Shown here one piece after another: positions 18,304-28,088 of a stretch of 57,780 bases of DNA. Source of the stretch: Bacteroidota bacterium (GTDB taxonomy: Bacteria > Bacteroidota > Bacteroidia > Bacteroidales > FEN-979); assembly GCA_007280875.1 (NCBI GenBank), contig QYQJ01000082.1, forward strand, positions 1-57,780. Reading direction: 5' to 3'. A program made the position numbers and the translations under genes. Within the stretch, counting starts at the first letter, position 1. Every line of letters starts with the position of its first letter. The notes beneath the pieces are model-generated. The model saw nothing but the letters and a program-made list of their open reading frames with translations, searched no databases and was not told where the DNA came from.

Positions 18304-19130
18304 AATTCCTGAAATGAGCCCTTCAGTTGTACTTTCTCCTCCCGGAACAGGTCAACCACTACCTCTACATACCCGAGGCTGTTAAAGTCAGTTAAAAAGG
18401 TGAGGGTGGCTGTATTGAAATTTTCGTCCGGTTGTTCCCTTACCTGATCAATCACCCCGATCAGGATCCCGTTCGGAAATACCTCCGAGTTTCCGCTGGT
18501 TACAATCGTATCGCCCGGAAGTACCCGGATATGCTTCGGGATTTCCCGGACAAAGCCCTTACGGTAATCTCCTCCCGGCCATTCCACGCTGACCAGCTGA
18601 TTGTTTTTCAGAAATTTGGCCGAAATTTTGCTCTCCTTATGCAGCATGGAGAGGACCCAGCTGAAGTGTCGGGAAACGCTCACCACCTGCCCTACAAGCT
18701 TGTTTCCGAAGATTACTCCCATGTGTGGTTCCACGCCCTGTAGCGATCCCTTGTTGATCATCAGGTAATTATTTCTCCGGTTGGTTGTGTTGCTGATCAC
18801 CCAGGCGTTGATAAACCGGTACTCGGTTTGAAGCAGGGAGTCGCTCCGTGTATAGATCGCTGTGTCGGTCATGTAGAGCGCTTCAGGCATCCGGCCCCGC
18901 AGAATAGCATTTTCTTGGCTCAGTATGAAGTTGGTACGCTGGAGGGCAAAGTACTCGGCTATTTCATAGAACATCGCATTGATACTCCCGGAAACAGACG
19001 AGGTCCAGTTGTACATGGCTGCATTCTGAAATTGATTATAGTGGAAAAAGAAGATCAGCGAAACCACCTCCAGAAGCAGAAAGAGGAAAATATAATAGTG
19101 CTTCCGGAAGAAGAGGTACAGATTTCGCAT
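18300..19130 (-). CDS. mreC: Rod shape-determining protein MreC
   Basis: 276 aa with an N-terminal TM helix and a beta-rich C-terminal domain (GDTIVTSGNSEVFPNGILIG). Positioned between mreB and mreD. Confidence 0.85.
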   Translation of the reverse strand: MRNLYLFFRKHYYIFLFLLLEVVSLIFFFHYNQFQNAAMYNWTSSVSGSINAMFYEIAEYFALQRTNFILSQENAILRGRMPEALYMTDTAIYTRSDSLLQTEYRFINAWVISNTTNRRNNYLMINKGSLQGVEPHMGVIFGNKLVGQVVSVSRHFSWVLSMLHKESKISAKFLKNNQLVSVEWPGGDYRKGFVREIPKHIRVLPGDTIVTSGNSEVFPNGILIGVIDQVREQPDENFNTATLTFLTDFNSLGYVEVVVDLFREEKVQLKGSFQEL

Positions 19131-19137
19131 GGGGCAT

Positions 19138-20151
19138 TTACTTGATCAGGAAGGTGAACTTATCGAAGTTTTTCAGGGCAATCCCGGTTCCCCTTGCCAC
19201 CGCACGTAAGGGGTCTTCGGCCACGTATACTTTCAACTTGGTCTTCAGATGCAGCCGTTTGTCGAGTCCGCGCAACAGGGCGCCGCCACCTGTCAGGTAG
19301 ATGCCTGTTTCATAAATATCCGAAGCCAGTTCAGGCGGGGTCATCTCGAGGGCATTGAGAACGGCGGCCTCTATTTTGGCAATTGATTTATCCAGAGCAT
19401 GGGCGATCTCGGCATGGTTCACGATCACCTCCTTGGGGATGCCGGTCAGCAGGTCTCGTCCGTGCACTGCGTACTCTTCAGGGGGATTATCAATATCGGG
19501 CAAAGCTGCTCCTACTTCAATCTTGATCCGTTCGGCCGTCCGTTCACCCACATTGATGTTATGTTGTTTCCGCATGTATTCGCCGATGTCGGAGTCGAAT
19601 TCGTCGCCTGCAATCCGTATTGATTTGTTATTGACAATACCGCCTAATGCAATCACTGCAATTTCGGTGGTACCACCGCCAATATCAATGACCATGTTGC
19701 CGATGGGTTCCAGCACATCGATCCCGATCCCGATGGCGGCTGCCATGGGTTCATGGATCAATCTTACCTCTTTTGCGCCCGCTTGTTCTGCCGAATCCTT
19801 TACCGCCCGTTCTTCAACTTCGGTGATTCCGGACGGGATGCAGATGACCATTTTCAGGGCAGGCGGAAACCAACTCTTTCTTACCTCGATCATCTTGATC
19901 ATCTCGCGGATCATGTGCTCGGCGGCCTGAAAATCGGCTATCACGCCACCTCGAAGGGGACGGATGGTTTTGATGTTCTCATGGGTCTTCCCATGCATCA
20001 TCAGGGCCTTCTTCCCCACTGCGAGGATTTTATTGGTGGTTCGCTCAATGGCGACAATAGAGGGCTCGTCTACCACCACTTTATCGTTGAATATAATGAT
20101 TGTATTGGCAGTTCCTAAATCAATGGCAATCTCTTTTGTGAATAAGCCCAT
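19138..20151 (-). CDS. mreB: Rod shape-determining actin homologue MreB
   Basis: IAIDLGTANT phosphate-1 motif, DIGGGTTEIA, LTGGGALLRGLD. 337 aa. Confidence 0.95.
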   Translation of the reverse strand: MGLFTKEIAIDLGTANTIIIFNDKVVVDEPSIVAIERTTNKILAVGKKALMMHGKTHENIKTIRPLRGGVIADFQAAEHMIREMIKMIEVRKSWFPPALKMVICIPSGITEVEERAVKDSAEQAGAKEVRLIHEPMAAAIGIGIDVLEPIGNMVIDIGGGTTEIAVIALGGIVNNKSIRIAGDEFDSDIGEYMRKQHNINVGERTAERIKIEVGAALPDIDNPPEEYAVHGRDLLTGIPKEVIVNHAEIAHALDKSIAKIEAAVLNALEMTPPELASDIYETGIYLTGGGALLRGLDKRLHLKTKLKVYVAEDPLRAVARGTGIALKNFDKFTFLIK

Positions 20152-20165
20152 AGCAGTTTCTTCTT

Positions 20166-21692
20166 TTAGTGTTTAAAATGTCGTATTCCCGTGAAGACCA
20201 TCGACATGTCGTGTTCATCACAATAACGGATCGAATCTTCGTCCCGGATCGATCCCCCCGGCTGGATGACCGCCCGGATGCCCGCTTTATCAGCTATCTC
20301 CACTGAATCGGCAAAAGGAAAAAAGGCATCCGATGCCATCACCGCACCCCGGGTATCGAAACCGAATACCTCCGCCTTCAGTATGGCCTGTTTCAGTGCA
20401 TCCACGCGGGAAGTTTGACCCATCCCACTGCCAATCAGCTGCCCGTTTTTTACCAGAACGATCGTATTGGATTTCAGGTGTTTGACAACCCTGGCTGCAA
20501 ACAACAGATCAGGTATTTCATCTGCCGCCGGTCGTTTCTTCGTAACATAGCGGAAATCTTCTTTCTGTTCGCTCTTCAAATCACGTTCCTGTTCAATGAC
20601 CCCATTCAGGAGTGATTTGAATTGACGGTCGGGCAGGGCAACCGGTTTCCGGCACAAAATTATTCTGTTTTTCTTTGACTTAAGGAGTTCCAGTGCTTCA
20701 TTTTCAAAGGTATCAGCGATAATGATCTCAAAAAACAGCTTATTGATCTCTTCTGCGGTTGATTTATCCACCGGCCTGTTTACGCTGATAATTCCACCAA
20801 AGGCAGATACCGGATCACAGGCCAGGGCATCTTTCCATGCTTCGAAAAGGGTAGAACGGGAGGCTACCCCGCAGGGATTGGTATGTTTGATCACTACTGC
20901 GGTCGGATCCTGAAATTCGCCGGTCAGCTGAATGGCCGCTTCTACATCAACCAGGTTATTGTACGATAATTCTTTCCCATGAACCTGCTCAAATACGGCG
21001 CTGAGATCTCCATAGAAAACACCTTGCTGATGCGGATTTTCGCCATACCTCAACGGAATAAACTGCGACAGGCTCTGCTTAAATCCCGGCAAACGAAACT
21101 CCCGGTTGAAATACCTGAATATCTCCGTATCGTAATGGGAGGAAACTTCGAATGCTTTGGCGGCAAACCATTTTCGTTCGCTCAGTGAGGTAAATCCCTT
21201 GCCCTGTTTGAGCAATTTCGACACCTTGTCGTAGAGGCCGAAAGCAGGCACCACCAGAACATGCCTGAAGTTTTTCGCTGCGGCGCGGATCAGGGAGATC
21301 CCGCCGATATCAATTTTCTCAATGATCTCGTCCTCATCTGTCGTGCTGGTAACCGTCTTTTCAAACGGATAGAGATCCACGATGACCATATCGACTGATG
21401 GAATCTCGTACCGGGTTACATCTTCTACATCGGCCAGTTCGTTTCGCCTCCACAAAATACCCCCAAAGATCTTGGGATGCAATGTCTTGACGCGTCCCCC
21501 CAGAATCGACGGGTAAGAAGTGATTTCCTCTATCGGCGTGGCAGCAATGCCTTCGCTCTGCAGGTAACTGTAAGTACCGCCTGTTGAAAGGATCTCTACC
21601 TGGTAACTCTCCAGCAGTTTTGCCAGGTCGGCGATTCCCTCTTTGGAATAGACCGAAATCAGGGCCGATTTGATTTTTATCTGGTCAACCAT
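20166..21692 (-). CDS. purH: Bifunctional AICAR formyltransferase / IMP cyclohydrolase
   Basis: 508 aa. MGS-like N-terminal domain (ALISVYSKEGI, STGGT) and an AICARFT C-terminal domain (LRYGENPHQ, IQPGGSIRD). Confidence 0.95.
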   Translation of the reverse strand: MVDQIKIKSALISVYSKEGIADLAKLLESYQVEILSTGGTYSYLQSEGIAATPIEEITSYPSILGGRVKTLHPKIFGGILWRRNELADVEDVTRYEIPSVDMVIVDLYPFEKTVTSTTDEDEIIEKIDIGGISLIRAAAKNFRHVLVVPAFGLYDKVSKLLKQGKGFTSLSERKWFAAKAFEVSSHYDTEIFRYFNREFRLPGFKQSLSQFIPLRYGENPHQQGVFYGDLSAVFEQVHGKELSYNNLVDVEAAIQLTGEFQDPTAVVIKHTNPCGVASRSTLFEAWKDALACDPVSAFGGIISVNRPVDKSTAEEINKLFFEIIIADTFENEALELLKSKKNRIILCRKPVALPDRQFKSLLNGVIEQERDLKSEQKEDFRYVTKKRPAADEIPDLLFAARVVKHLKSNTIVLVKNGQLIGSGMGQTSRVDALKQAILKAEVFGFDTRGAVMASDAFFPFADSVEIADKAGIRAVIQPGGSIRDEDSIRYCDEHDMSMVFTGIRHFKH

Positions 21693-21817
21693 AGGAACCT
21701 GAGTTTTATGATTTTGTGCAATGTTACCAAAAATCGACGTACAAACGACCGGAAACCTGTTCCAAAAGGGAAAATATATTACCTTTACAGATGCTTTGTC
21801 CCTAAATATTCTGAACT

Positions 21818-23062
21818 ATGTTGCTCATCGTACGACTGCTTAGAGAGAGCTTAATTTTCGCATTTCAAGCCATTATTGTCAATAAGATCCGGACTATTCT
21901 CTCCCTGCTTGGCATCACCATTGGGATTTTCTGTATCATCTCCGTCTTTACCATTTTTGATTCGATGGAGATTGCTATTCGCACCAACATCGAATCACTG
22001 GGAAGCAACGTCCTGTTCGTCCAGAAATGGCCATGGGCCATGGGAGGCGATTACCCATGGTGGAAATACTATCAGCGTCCCGAGACCTCTCTGGACGATA
22101 TGCGTGAAATCCAAAAGCGCAGTACACTGACCGATGTCACGGCATTCATGATGGGTGTGTCAAAAACCGTGAAATACCAGAGCAATTATGTGGAGGGGGT
22201 GACGATACTAGGGGTTTCACATGAGTATGACCAGGTTCTTCCCTTTGAAATCAGTGATGGCCGCTACTTTTCATCCCTTGAATCCACTACCGGGAAGGCT
22301 GTAGCCATCATTGGAAATAACATCGCCGAGGGCCTGTATCCTGGAGTTGAAACGGTTGGTCAGAAGATCAAGGTGATGGGGCGGAATGTCGAGGTGATCG
22401 GAGTGATCAATAAGGAGGGGGAGGACATGTTTTCCAATTCAAATGATGACAATGTAATATTGCCCATCAACTATTTTAAAACCCTGGTGGATATCCGGGA
22501 TATGGATGCAACCATTATAGTCAAAGCCCGTCCCTATGTTTCCAATGATGAGTTACGGGATGAACTGACCGGGATTATGCGTTCGGTACGGAAACTGAAA
22601 CCTTCGGCAGAAGATAATTTCGCCATCAATGAGACCAGCATCATCACCCAGGGATTTGATGCGCTTTTCGGTACAATCGGAATCGTAGGCTGGATCATTG
22701 GAGGTTTTTCTTTGTTGGTCGGGGGATTCGGGATTGCGAATATAATGTTTGTCTCGGTAAGGGAACGAACCGGTATCATTGGCATACAAAAGGCCCTGGG
22801 CGCCAAAAATTACTTTATTCTCTTCCAGTTCCTTTTTGAGGCGATATTTCTCTCTCTAATCGGCGGCGTGGTCGGTTTGCTGATCGTTTTCATCCTCACA
22901 CTGATTGTATCACAAGCTTTTAGTTTCGATCTGATCCTGACAGCAGCAAATATCTGGTTGGGAATCGGCGTTTCGGCAGCTATTGGTCTGATCTCCGGTA
23001 TCATACCGGCATTTACGGCATCCAGGCTGGATCCGGTGGAGGCGATGCGGAGTACCGGTTAG
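21818..23062 (+). CDS. ABC transporter permease, MacB/FtsX family
   Basis: 414 aa. N-terminal TM helix, a large periplasmic MacB_PCD-like domain and C-terminal FtsX-type helices (GIIGIQKALGA). No ATPase is adjacent. Confidence 0.85.
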   Translation: MLLIVRLLRESLIFAFQAIIVNKIRTILSLLGITIGIFCIISVFTIFDSMEIAIRTNIESLGSNVLFVQKWPWAMGGDYPWWKYYQRPETSLDDMREIQKRSTLTDVTAFMMGVSKTVKYQSNYVEGVTILGVSHEYDQVLPFEISDGRYFSSLESTTGKAVAIIGNNIAEGLYPGVETVGQKIKVMGRNVEVIGVINKEGEDMFSNSNDDNVILPINYFKTLVDIRDMDATIIVKARPYVSNDELRDELTGIMRSVRKLKPSAEDNFAINETSIITQGFDALFGTIGIVGWIIGGFSLLVGGFGIANIMFVSVRERTGIIGIQKALGAKNYFILFQFLFEAIFLSLIGGVVGLLIVFILTLIVSQAFSFDLILTAANIWLGIGVSAAIGLISGIIPAFTASRLDPVEAMRSTG

Positions 23063-23664
23063 ATCGCCAGTTTTACGCGGGAGGACAGAATATCTATAGC
23101 TACGCTGTTTTTACCGCCCTGCGGAATGATGATGTCGGCGAAACGTTTAGAGGGTTCAATGAACTGCAGATGCATCGGTTTGACAAATGTTTCGTAGTGC
23201 TGTAATCCCTGGTCAAACGTACGGCCACGTTCTTCGATATCCCGCCGTATGATCCGCATCAGCCGGTCGTCGGGATCAGCATCCACAAAAACCTTGATAT
23301 CCAAGAGTTCACGTAATCCAGGTTCGGTAAATATCAAAATTCCCTCAACAATGATAATCTTCCGGGCCTGAATGGTCACGGTTTCTGCCGACCGGCTGCA
23401 GGTCACGTAAGAATAGACCGGTAGTTCGACAGAACTCCCGTTCTTTAGGGCACCCAGCTGGGCAATCAACAGTTGCCATTCAATGGCATCGGGGTGATCA
23501 AAATTGATGCTGCGCTTCTCTTCAGGTGTCTTATTCCCGTTATCCCAATAATAGGAGTCCTGGGGTATTACGGTAATCGTTTCTCCCGGGATCCGTTGGA
23601 TCAGTTCATGAACCACCGTCGATTTACCAGAGCCTGATCCGCCGCTGATACCAATTATTAACAT
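23059..23664 (-). CDS. udk: Uridine kinase
   Basis: P-loop IIGISGGSGSGKST and an IIVEGIL segment. 201 aa. Confidence 0.9.
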   Translation of the reverse strand: MLIIGISGGSGSGKSTVVHELIQRIPGETITVIPQDSYYWDNGNKTPEEKRSINFDHPDAIEWQLLIAQLGALKNGSSVELPVYSYVTCSRSAETVTIQARKIIIVEGILIFTEPGLRELLDIKVFVDADPDDRLMRIIRRDIEERGRTFDQGLQHYETFVKPMHLQFIEPSKRFADIIIPQGGKNSVAIDILSSRVKLAI

Positions 23665-23694
23665 ACTCGCAAAGATAATGAATCCCGGTTGTTC

Positions 23695-24096
23695 TTAAGG
23701 GCTGCATAATTCTATGAGGACGCCATGGGTCGATTTGGGGTGAAGGAAGCCGATGTTCAGGCCCTCGGCACCTTTGCGGGACACCCTATCAATCAATTGG
23801 AATCCTGCCGTCCCGGCCTCTTGCAACTCCTTGTCGGCATCATCTGTAGCAAAGGCAATATGGTGTATCCCTTCGCCCTTCCTTTCAAGGAATTTTCCTA
23901 CCGGTCCTTCGGGATCGGTGGGTTCCAGCAACTCTATTTTTGTCCGTCCTGCTTTGAAAAACGCTGTCCTGACCCGTTGGTCCTTCACCTCTTCAATGGC
24001 GTAGCAGGGGGCTCCCAGGAGCTTTTCGTAGCAAGGGATGGACTCTTCCAGGCTCTTGACGGCTATGCCGATGTGCTCAATGTACTTAATGTTCAT
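23695..24096 (-). CDS. mce: Methylmalonyl-CoA epimerase (VOC family)
   Basis: [41 protein letters not shown] and [16 protein letters not shown] are the classic epimerase pattern. Start set at MNIKY (24096). Confidence 0.8.
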   Translation of the reverse strand: MNIKYIEHIGIAVKSLEESIPCYEKLLGAPCYAIEEVKDQRVRTAFFKAGRTKIELLEPTDPEGPVGKFLERKGEGIHHIAFATDDADKELQEAGTAGFQLIDRVSRKGAEGLNIGFLHPKSTHGVLIELCSP

Positions 24097-25147
24097 GGGA
24101 TGGGTTTGCATCAAAATATTGTCTCTTAAACCAGAAGGCAAGGTTGACCAGGCTGATCAGCACCGGCACCTCCACGAGCGGCCCGATCACGGCCGCAAAG
24201 GCCTCTCCCGAATTCAATCCGAAAACAGCAATGGCTACGGCAATGGCCAGTTCAAAATTATTGCTGGCAGCGGTAAACGACAGGGTAGTGGTTTTCTCAT
24301 ACCCTGCTTTGAGCTTCCAGCCGATGGAATAGGAGAGGATGAACATCACGCCGAAATAGATGGCCAGGGGGATGGCAATACGCACTACATCCAGCGGGAT
24401 CTTAATAATGAACTCGCCCTTGAGAGAAAACATAACCAGGATCGTAAAAAGCAATGCAATGAGCGTGATAGGGGATATCCTGGGAATGAATTTCTGTTCG
24501 TACCATGTTTTTCCTTTCCAGCGGATCAGACTGAACCGGGAAATGATCCCGGCCAAAAAAGGGATGCCCAGGTATATGAAAACACTTTTGGCGATCGCTG
24601 AAATGGTAATGTCGACGTCGAACGACTGAAGTCCGAACCAGGCAGGCAGAAGGGTAATAAAAAACCAGGCATAAACGGAAAAGAAAAGAACCTGGAAAAT
24701 GGAGTTGAAAGCCACCAGTCCGGCACAGTTCTCACGGTCTCCCCGGGCCAGGTCGTTCCACACAATGACCATGGCAATGCACCGGGCGAGACCGATCAGG
24801 ATAAGGCCCGCCATGTATTCAGGGTAGTGCCGGAGAAACAGAACCGCCAGGAGGAACATCAGTACCGGTCCGATCACCCAGTTGAGGATCAGTGACAAAG
24901 AAAGTACTTTGTAATCCCGGAATACGTCCCGCATCTCTTCGTACCGTACCCTGGCCAGTGGAGGATACATCATCAGGATGAGACCCATAGCGATCGGAAT
25001 ATTGGTGGTACCCATCTGGAACCGGTTCCAGAAACCAACAATGCCCGGAAAGAGGTATCCCCAGAAGACACCGATCCCCATGGCCAGAAAGATCCACAGG
25101 GTTAAATACCGGTCGAGAAATTTCAGCTTTCTTTTCTTCAGTACCAT
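24086..25147 (-). CDS. acr3: ACR3-family arsenite efflux permease
   Basis: 353 aa with about 10 TM helices. RCIAMV motif with the conserved Cys, plus ACR3-like N- and C-termini. Confidence 0.9.
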   Translation of the reverse strand: MVLKKRKLKFLDRYLTLWIFLAMGIGVFWGYLFPGIVGFWNRFQMGTTNIPIAMGLILMMYPPLARVRYEEMRDVFRDYKVLSLSLILNWVIGPVLMFLLAVLFLRHYPEYMAGLILIGLARCIAMVIVWNDLARGDRENCAGLVAFNSIFQVLFFSVYAWFFITLLPAWFGLQSFDVDITISAIAKSVFIYLGIPFLAGIISRFSLIRWKGKTWYEQKFIPRISPITLIALLFTILVMFSLKGEFIIKIPLDVVRIAIPLAIYFGVMFILSYSIGWKLKAGYEKTTTLSFTAASNNFELAIAVAIAVFGLNSGEAFAAVIGPLVEVPVLISLVNLAFWFKRQYFDANPSHEH

Positions 25148-25155
25148 ATTTTTAT

Positions 25156-25968
25156 TTATTCAGGCTTCCCGGCTGTAACAGTAATGCTAAAAATGCCCAC
25201 TTTGCTTTCCCTGAATTTACGGATCTTTTCTTTTGGGAAAAAATTCCGCAGAAGATCATCCGGGAGGTCAATCTTCTTTACTTTTTGCACTTCAATATTA
25301 CAAAATCCCGCCTTTTTTATCACACTCAAGTAGTCGTCTTTGTCAATGGCACCGGCAACGCACCCGGCATACATGACGGCGCTATCCTTTAATTCAGGGG
25401 GCAGCTCTCCCTGCAGTACCACATCAGAAATGCTGAAAGAGCCGCCCGGTTTTAGCACCCTGAATATCTGCCTGAAGGCTTTTTCCTTGTCCGGAACCAG
25501 ATTCAGCACACAATTACTCAACACCACATCCACACTCCCGGAAGGTAGCGGCATTTCCTCGATGTCGCCGGCTATAAATTCCACATTGGTATAGCCCATT
25601 TTTTCAGCATTACGACGCGCCTTTTCCAGCATGGTGTCACTGAAATCGAGACCGATCACCCGGCCCGTTTCACTCACTTCGGCTCGGGCTACAAAACAGT
25701 CGTTCCCGGCGCCGGAACCAAGATCCAGAACAGTATCGCCGGGTTTCATCCGGGTAAACCGGGTAGGGATGCCACAACCGAGGCCCAGATCGGCTTCGGC
25801 ATTGTATCCCTTCAGGTGGTTGTAACTCTCGCTGAATACGGTGTAATCAGTTTCACAACAACCTCCGGATCCGCAACATGATGTCTCATTCTCCTGCTTG
25901 GATTGGGTGGCAATCTGGCTGTACTTCTCTTTGACGATCTCTTTAATCTCTTTTTGTCTTGTTTTCAT
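25156..25968 (-). CDS. arsM: Arsenite S-adenosylmethionine methyltransferase
   Basis: N-terminal Cys cluster [18 protein letters not shown] motif [18 protein letters not shown] and YAGCVAGA. These match the ArsM As(III)-binding cysteines. Confidence 0.85.
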   Translation of the reverse strand: MKTRQKEIKEIVKEKYSQIATQSKQENETSCCGSGGCCETDYTVFSESYNHLKGYNAEADLGLGCGIPTRFTRMKPGDTVLDLGSGAGNDCFVARAEVSETGRVIGLDFSDTMLEKARRNAEKMGYTNVEFIAGDIEEMPLPSGSVDVVLSNCVLNLVPDKEKAFRQIFRVLKPGGSFSISDVVLQGELPPELKDSAVMYAGCVAGAIDKDDYLSVIKKAGFCNIEVQKVKKIDLPDDLLRNFFPKEKIRKFRESKVGIFSITVTAGKPE

Positions 25969-25978
25969 AGGATTGAAT

Positions 25979-26401
25979 TTATTTTAGCCGCGGCAAATCG
26001 CGGCTGTACTGTATGAAGGCATCCTTGATCTGGTCCCGGATTTTCCGGTACACGGCAAGCACCTCTTCGGGATTTCCCCGGGCAGCAGCCGGATCCTCAA
26101 AACTAAAGTGAATGCGTTTTGCCACCTTGCCGGTAAAGAGAGGGCAGCTTTTCCGGGCATTGTCGCATACGGTGATCACATAATCGAACCACTCTGATAT
26201 AAACCGGTCAACCTGTTTGGGATAATAGGAAGAGATATCCAGACCGATTTCTTTCATTACCCGGACTGCATGCGGATTGACCTTTTTTTCAGGACGGGTA
26301 CCCGCCGAATGAATTTCCCAATCGGGACGCAGAGAGCGAAGAATTCCCTCGGCCATTTGGCTGCGACAGGAGTTGCCGGTACATAAAATCAAAACCTTCA
26401 T
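25979..26401 (-). CDS. arsC: Arsenate reductase, LMW-PTPase type
   Basis: Active site [16 protein letters not shown]. The start MKVLIL at 26401 forms an ATGA overlap with the arsR stop. Confidence 0.85.
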   Translation of the reverse strand: MKVLILCTGNSCRSQMAEGILRSLRPDWEIHSAGTRPEKKVNPHAVRVMKEIGLDISSYYPKQVDRFISEWFDYVITVCDNARKSCPLFTGKVAKRIHFSFEDPAAARGNPEEVLAVYRKIRDQIKDAFIQYSRDLPRLK

Positions 26402-26718
26402 AAAGCTGATGGGTTGAGGTTGAAAAACGCTGACATCATCTCTTTTGCCTTTTTCCAATTTTCAGGATCGATGCAGTACCGGACTTTTGGCGGTTCGATA
26501 TTTCCCTGAATCAATCCACTAACCTTCAGTTCTTTAAGGTGCTGTGAAACCGTCGCCTGCGCCAGGGGAAGTTCCTCTACGATATCACCGCAGAAACAGC
26601 AATTCATGTTGGCCAGCTGCCTGAGAATCGCAATCCGGGCCGGATGCCCAAGCGCTTTGGCAAACCTGGCTAATCTGATATCATCCTCATGGTATGCCCC
26701 TATCTCTTTATGAGCCAT
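26398..26718 (-). CDS. arsR: ArsR/SmtB-family metalloregulator
   Basis: 106 aa. It has a wHTH fold and a CCFCGD metalloid-binding motif at the position of ELCVCDL in R773 ArsR. Confidence 0.85.
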   Translation of the reverse strand: MAHKEIGAYHEDDIRLARFAKALGHPARIAILRQLANMNCCFCGDIVEELPLAQATVSQHLKELKVSGLIQGNIEPPKVRYCIDPENWKKAKEMMSAFFNLNPSAL

Positions 26719-26751
26719 AATCTTTGTATCTTTAGCGGCAATTCAATGGTA

Positions 26752-26790
26752 GTTCATTGTTCATCGCAAATATACGATGAATAAATGAAC
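26752..26790. promoter_or_regulatory. Candidate ArsR operator, an imperfect palindrome enclosing the arsR -7 box
   Basis: Arms GTTCATTGTTCATCG (26752-26766) and CGATGAATAAATGAAC (26775-26790). The 8-nt spacer CAAATATA is the reverse complement of TATATTTG (TAnnTTTG), about 49 nt upstream of the arsR ATG. Confidence 0.45.
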
Positions 26791-26800
26791 CATTTCAAAT

Positions 26801-26808
26801 TAATTTTG
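26801..26808 (+). promoter_or_regulatory. Candidate -7 promoter box TAATTTTG for the CYTH gene
   Basis: TAnnTTTG 35 nt upstream of the TTG start at 26843. Confidence 0.3.
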
Positions 26809-26842
26809 TATTTTTTCTCATTAGTTATCTAACCTGCTGAAT

Positions 26843-27316
26843 TTGAAACATCTTGAAATAGAACGTAAGTTCCTTGTCAAACCAGGAGTATGGGAACAAA
26901 CAAAGAAACCGTTAGGAAAGAAGTTATTCCAGGGATATTTGTGCAACGATGATAAAAAATCGATCAGGGTAAGGATCACCGCCGACAAAGCATCACTCAC
27001 CGTCAAAGGAGCCCTGGAAAATCTTTGCCGGCCTGAATTTGAGTATGTGATCCATGAGGGTGAAGCCAGTGATCTGCTGATCTTTGCTCAGAATCATTGT
27101 ATCGAGAAGACGCGCTACAAAACCGAGTACAAAGGAAAGATATGGGATGTGGATGTGTTCCATGGACTGAATGCAGGATTGTTCCTGGCAGAGATCGAAC
27201 TGAATCATCCGGATGAGCTCGTTGAACTGCCTGGCTGGGTAGGGGAGGAGGTTTCATGCGATCCCAGGTATTATAACTCCTATCTTTCGGAACATCCCTT
27301 CACTACCTGGAAATAA
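26843..27316 (+). CDS. CYTH-domain triphosphate tunnel metalloenzyme
   Basis: N-terminal EIERKFLV (ExExK signature). 157 aa. TTG start as listed. Confidence 0.8.
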   Translation: MKHLEIERKFLVKPGVWEQTKKPLGKKLFQGYLCNDDKKSIRVRITADKASLTVKGALENLCRPEFEYVIHEGEASDLLIFAQNHCIEKTRYKTEYKGKIWDVDVFHGLNAGLFLAEIELNHPDELVELPGWVGEEVSCDPRYYNSYLSEHPFTTWK

Positions 27317-27343
27317 AAAAGGAACCAGCGTTTTCTGTTCCTT
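27314..27343. terminator. Hairpin terminator, best for minus-strand tRNA-Ala and possibly bidirectional
   Basis: Stem AAGGAAC/GTTCCTT with an 11-nt loop. On the minus strand it is followed by TTTTTTATTT. Confidence 0.4.
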
Positions 27344-27375
27344 CTTCGTAAATCGAAATTCATAAATTGAACGGG

Positions 27376-27449
27376 TGGAGCATAAGGGAGTCGAACCCTT
27401 GACCTCTAGACTGCCAGTCTAACGCTCTAGCCAGCAGAGCTAATGCCCC
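27376..27449 (-). tRNA. tRNA-Ala (anticodon GGC)
   Basis: A 74-nt cloverleaf. Acceptor GGGGCAT/ATGCTCC with the G3:U70 alanine identity pair, anticodon loop CTGGCAG, T-arm AAGGG-TTCGACT-CCCTT. Confidence 0.9.
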
Positions 27450-27459
27450 AAAATGATTG

Positions 27460-27467
27460 CAAAGGTA
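27460..27467 (-). promoter_or_regulatory. -7 promoter box TACCTTTG for tRNA-Ala
   Basis: TAnnTTTG on the minus strand, 10 nt upstream of the tRNA 5' end. Confidence 0.4.
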
Positions 27468-27475
27468 TAAAAATT

Positions 27476-27483
27476 TATTTTTG
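27476..27483 (+). promoter_or_regulatory. Candidate -7 promoter box TATTTTTG for thpR
   Basis: TAnnTTTG 14 nt upstream of the ATG at 27498, implying a very short leader. Confidence 0.3.
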
Positions 27484-27497
27484 CGGAAACTTTTTCC

Positions 27498-28088
27498 ATG
27501 AAGCGCCTTTTTGTTGCTGTTAAAATCAATCCGGATCCGGATTTTCTTCATTCGTTTCTGGAGTTGCGTCATTCCTTATCTCATGAAAAAATCCGGTGGG
27601 TGGAGGAGCGAACTATTCACATCACCGTGAAATTTCTCGGTGAAACAGCCGAATCACGTATTCCGGAGATCACCGAAACAGTGAGAGGGCTCGCCGAATC
27701 TACAGAAGATTTTGAATTCAGTCTCACGGGACTGGGGGTGTTCGGAAGCTTCTACAATCCCCGTGTGATCTGGGTTGGAATTCATCCGTACCACTGCCTG
27801 GCGGCATTATTGAAAAAGGCAAGAGCGGAATTTACATTGCTTGGTTTTGCAGATGATCGCCAGAATCTCGTGCCTCACCTCACCCTGGGCCGGATCAAAT
27901 ACCTGCATGATAAAACAGGATTTCGGCAAATCCTAATCCGGTTCGGAAAGATCTCCTCAGAGCCGCTGGCTGCAGAAAAACTGATTCTGTTTGAGAGCAT
28001 TCTTCGCCCTTCGGGGCCTGAGTATCATTTGCTCAGCTCTTTTTCTTTTCCAGGTTCTTGGCAACGAAATGATAGGCCAGAAGGCTGA
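27498..28088 (+). CDS. thpR: RNA 2',3'-cyclic phosphodiesterase (2H family, ThpR/LigT)
   Basis: Two HxT/S motifs, HITVKF and PHLTLGR, at typical spacing. 196 aa. Confidence 0.8.
   Translation: MKRLFVAVKINPDPDFLHSFLELRHSLSHEKIRWVEERTIHITVKFLGETAESRIPEITETVRGLAESTEDFEFSLTGLGVFGSFYNPRVIWVGIHPYHCLAALLKKARAEFTLLGFADDRQNLVPHLTLGRIKYLHDKTGFRQILIRFGKISSEPLAAEKLILFESILRPSGPEYHLLSSFSFPGSWQRNDRPEG

Noticed and set aside
22381-22430. Apparent heptad-like pattern GTCGAGG TGATCGG AGTGATC in the ABC permease gene.
   Set aside because: The period does not hold beyond two or three units, and the encoded peptide (NVEVIGVINKEGE) is a normal MacB-type segment.
23695-24096. A VOC/glyoxalase-fold gene at the end of the ars operon could be an ArsI C-As lyase.
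   Set aside because: The sequence has the full methylmalonyl-CoA epimerase pattern ([35 protein letters not shown]). It also lacks the vicinal Cys pair characteristic of ArsI.
14605-27449. The tRNA genes could be integration sites of genomic islands.
   Set aside because: No integrase, transposase, direct repeat of a tRNA 3' end or phage-like gene is adjacent to any of the three tRNAs.
27360-27572. A 70-aa minus-strand ORF.
   Set aside because: It overlaps the tRNA-Ala gene and its promoter and is most likely not coding.
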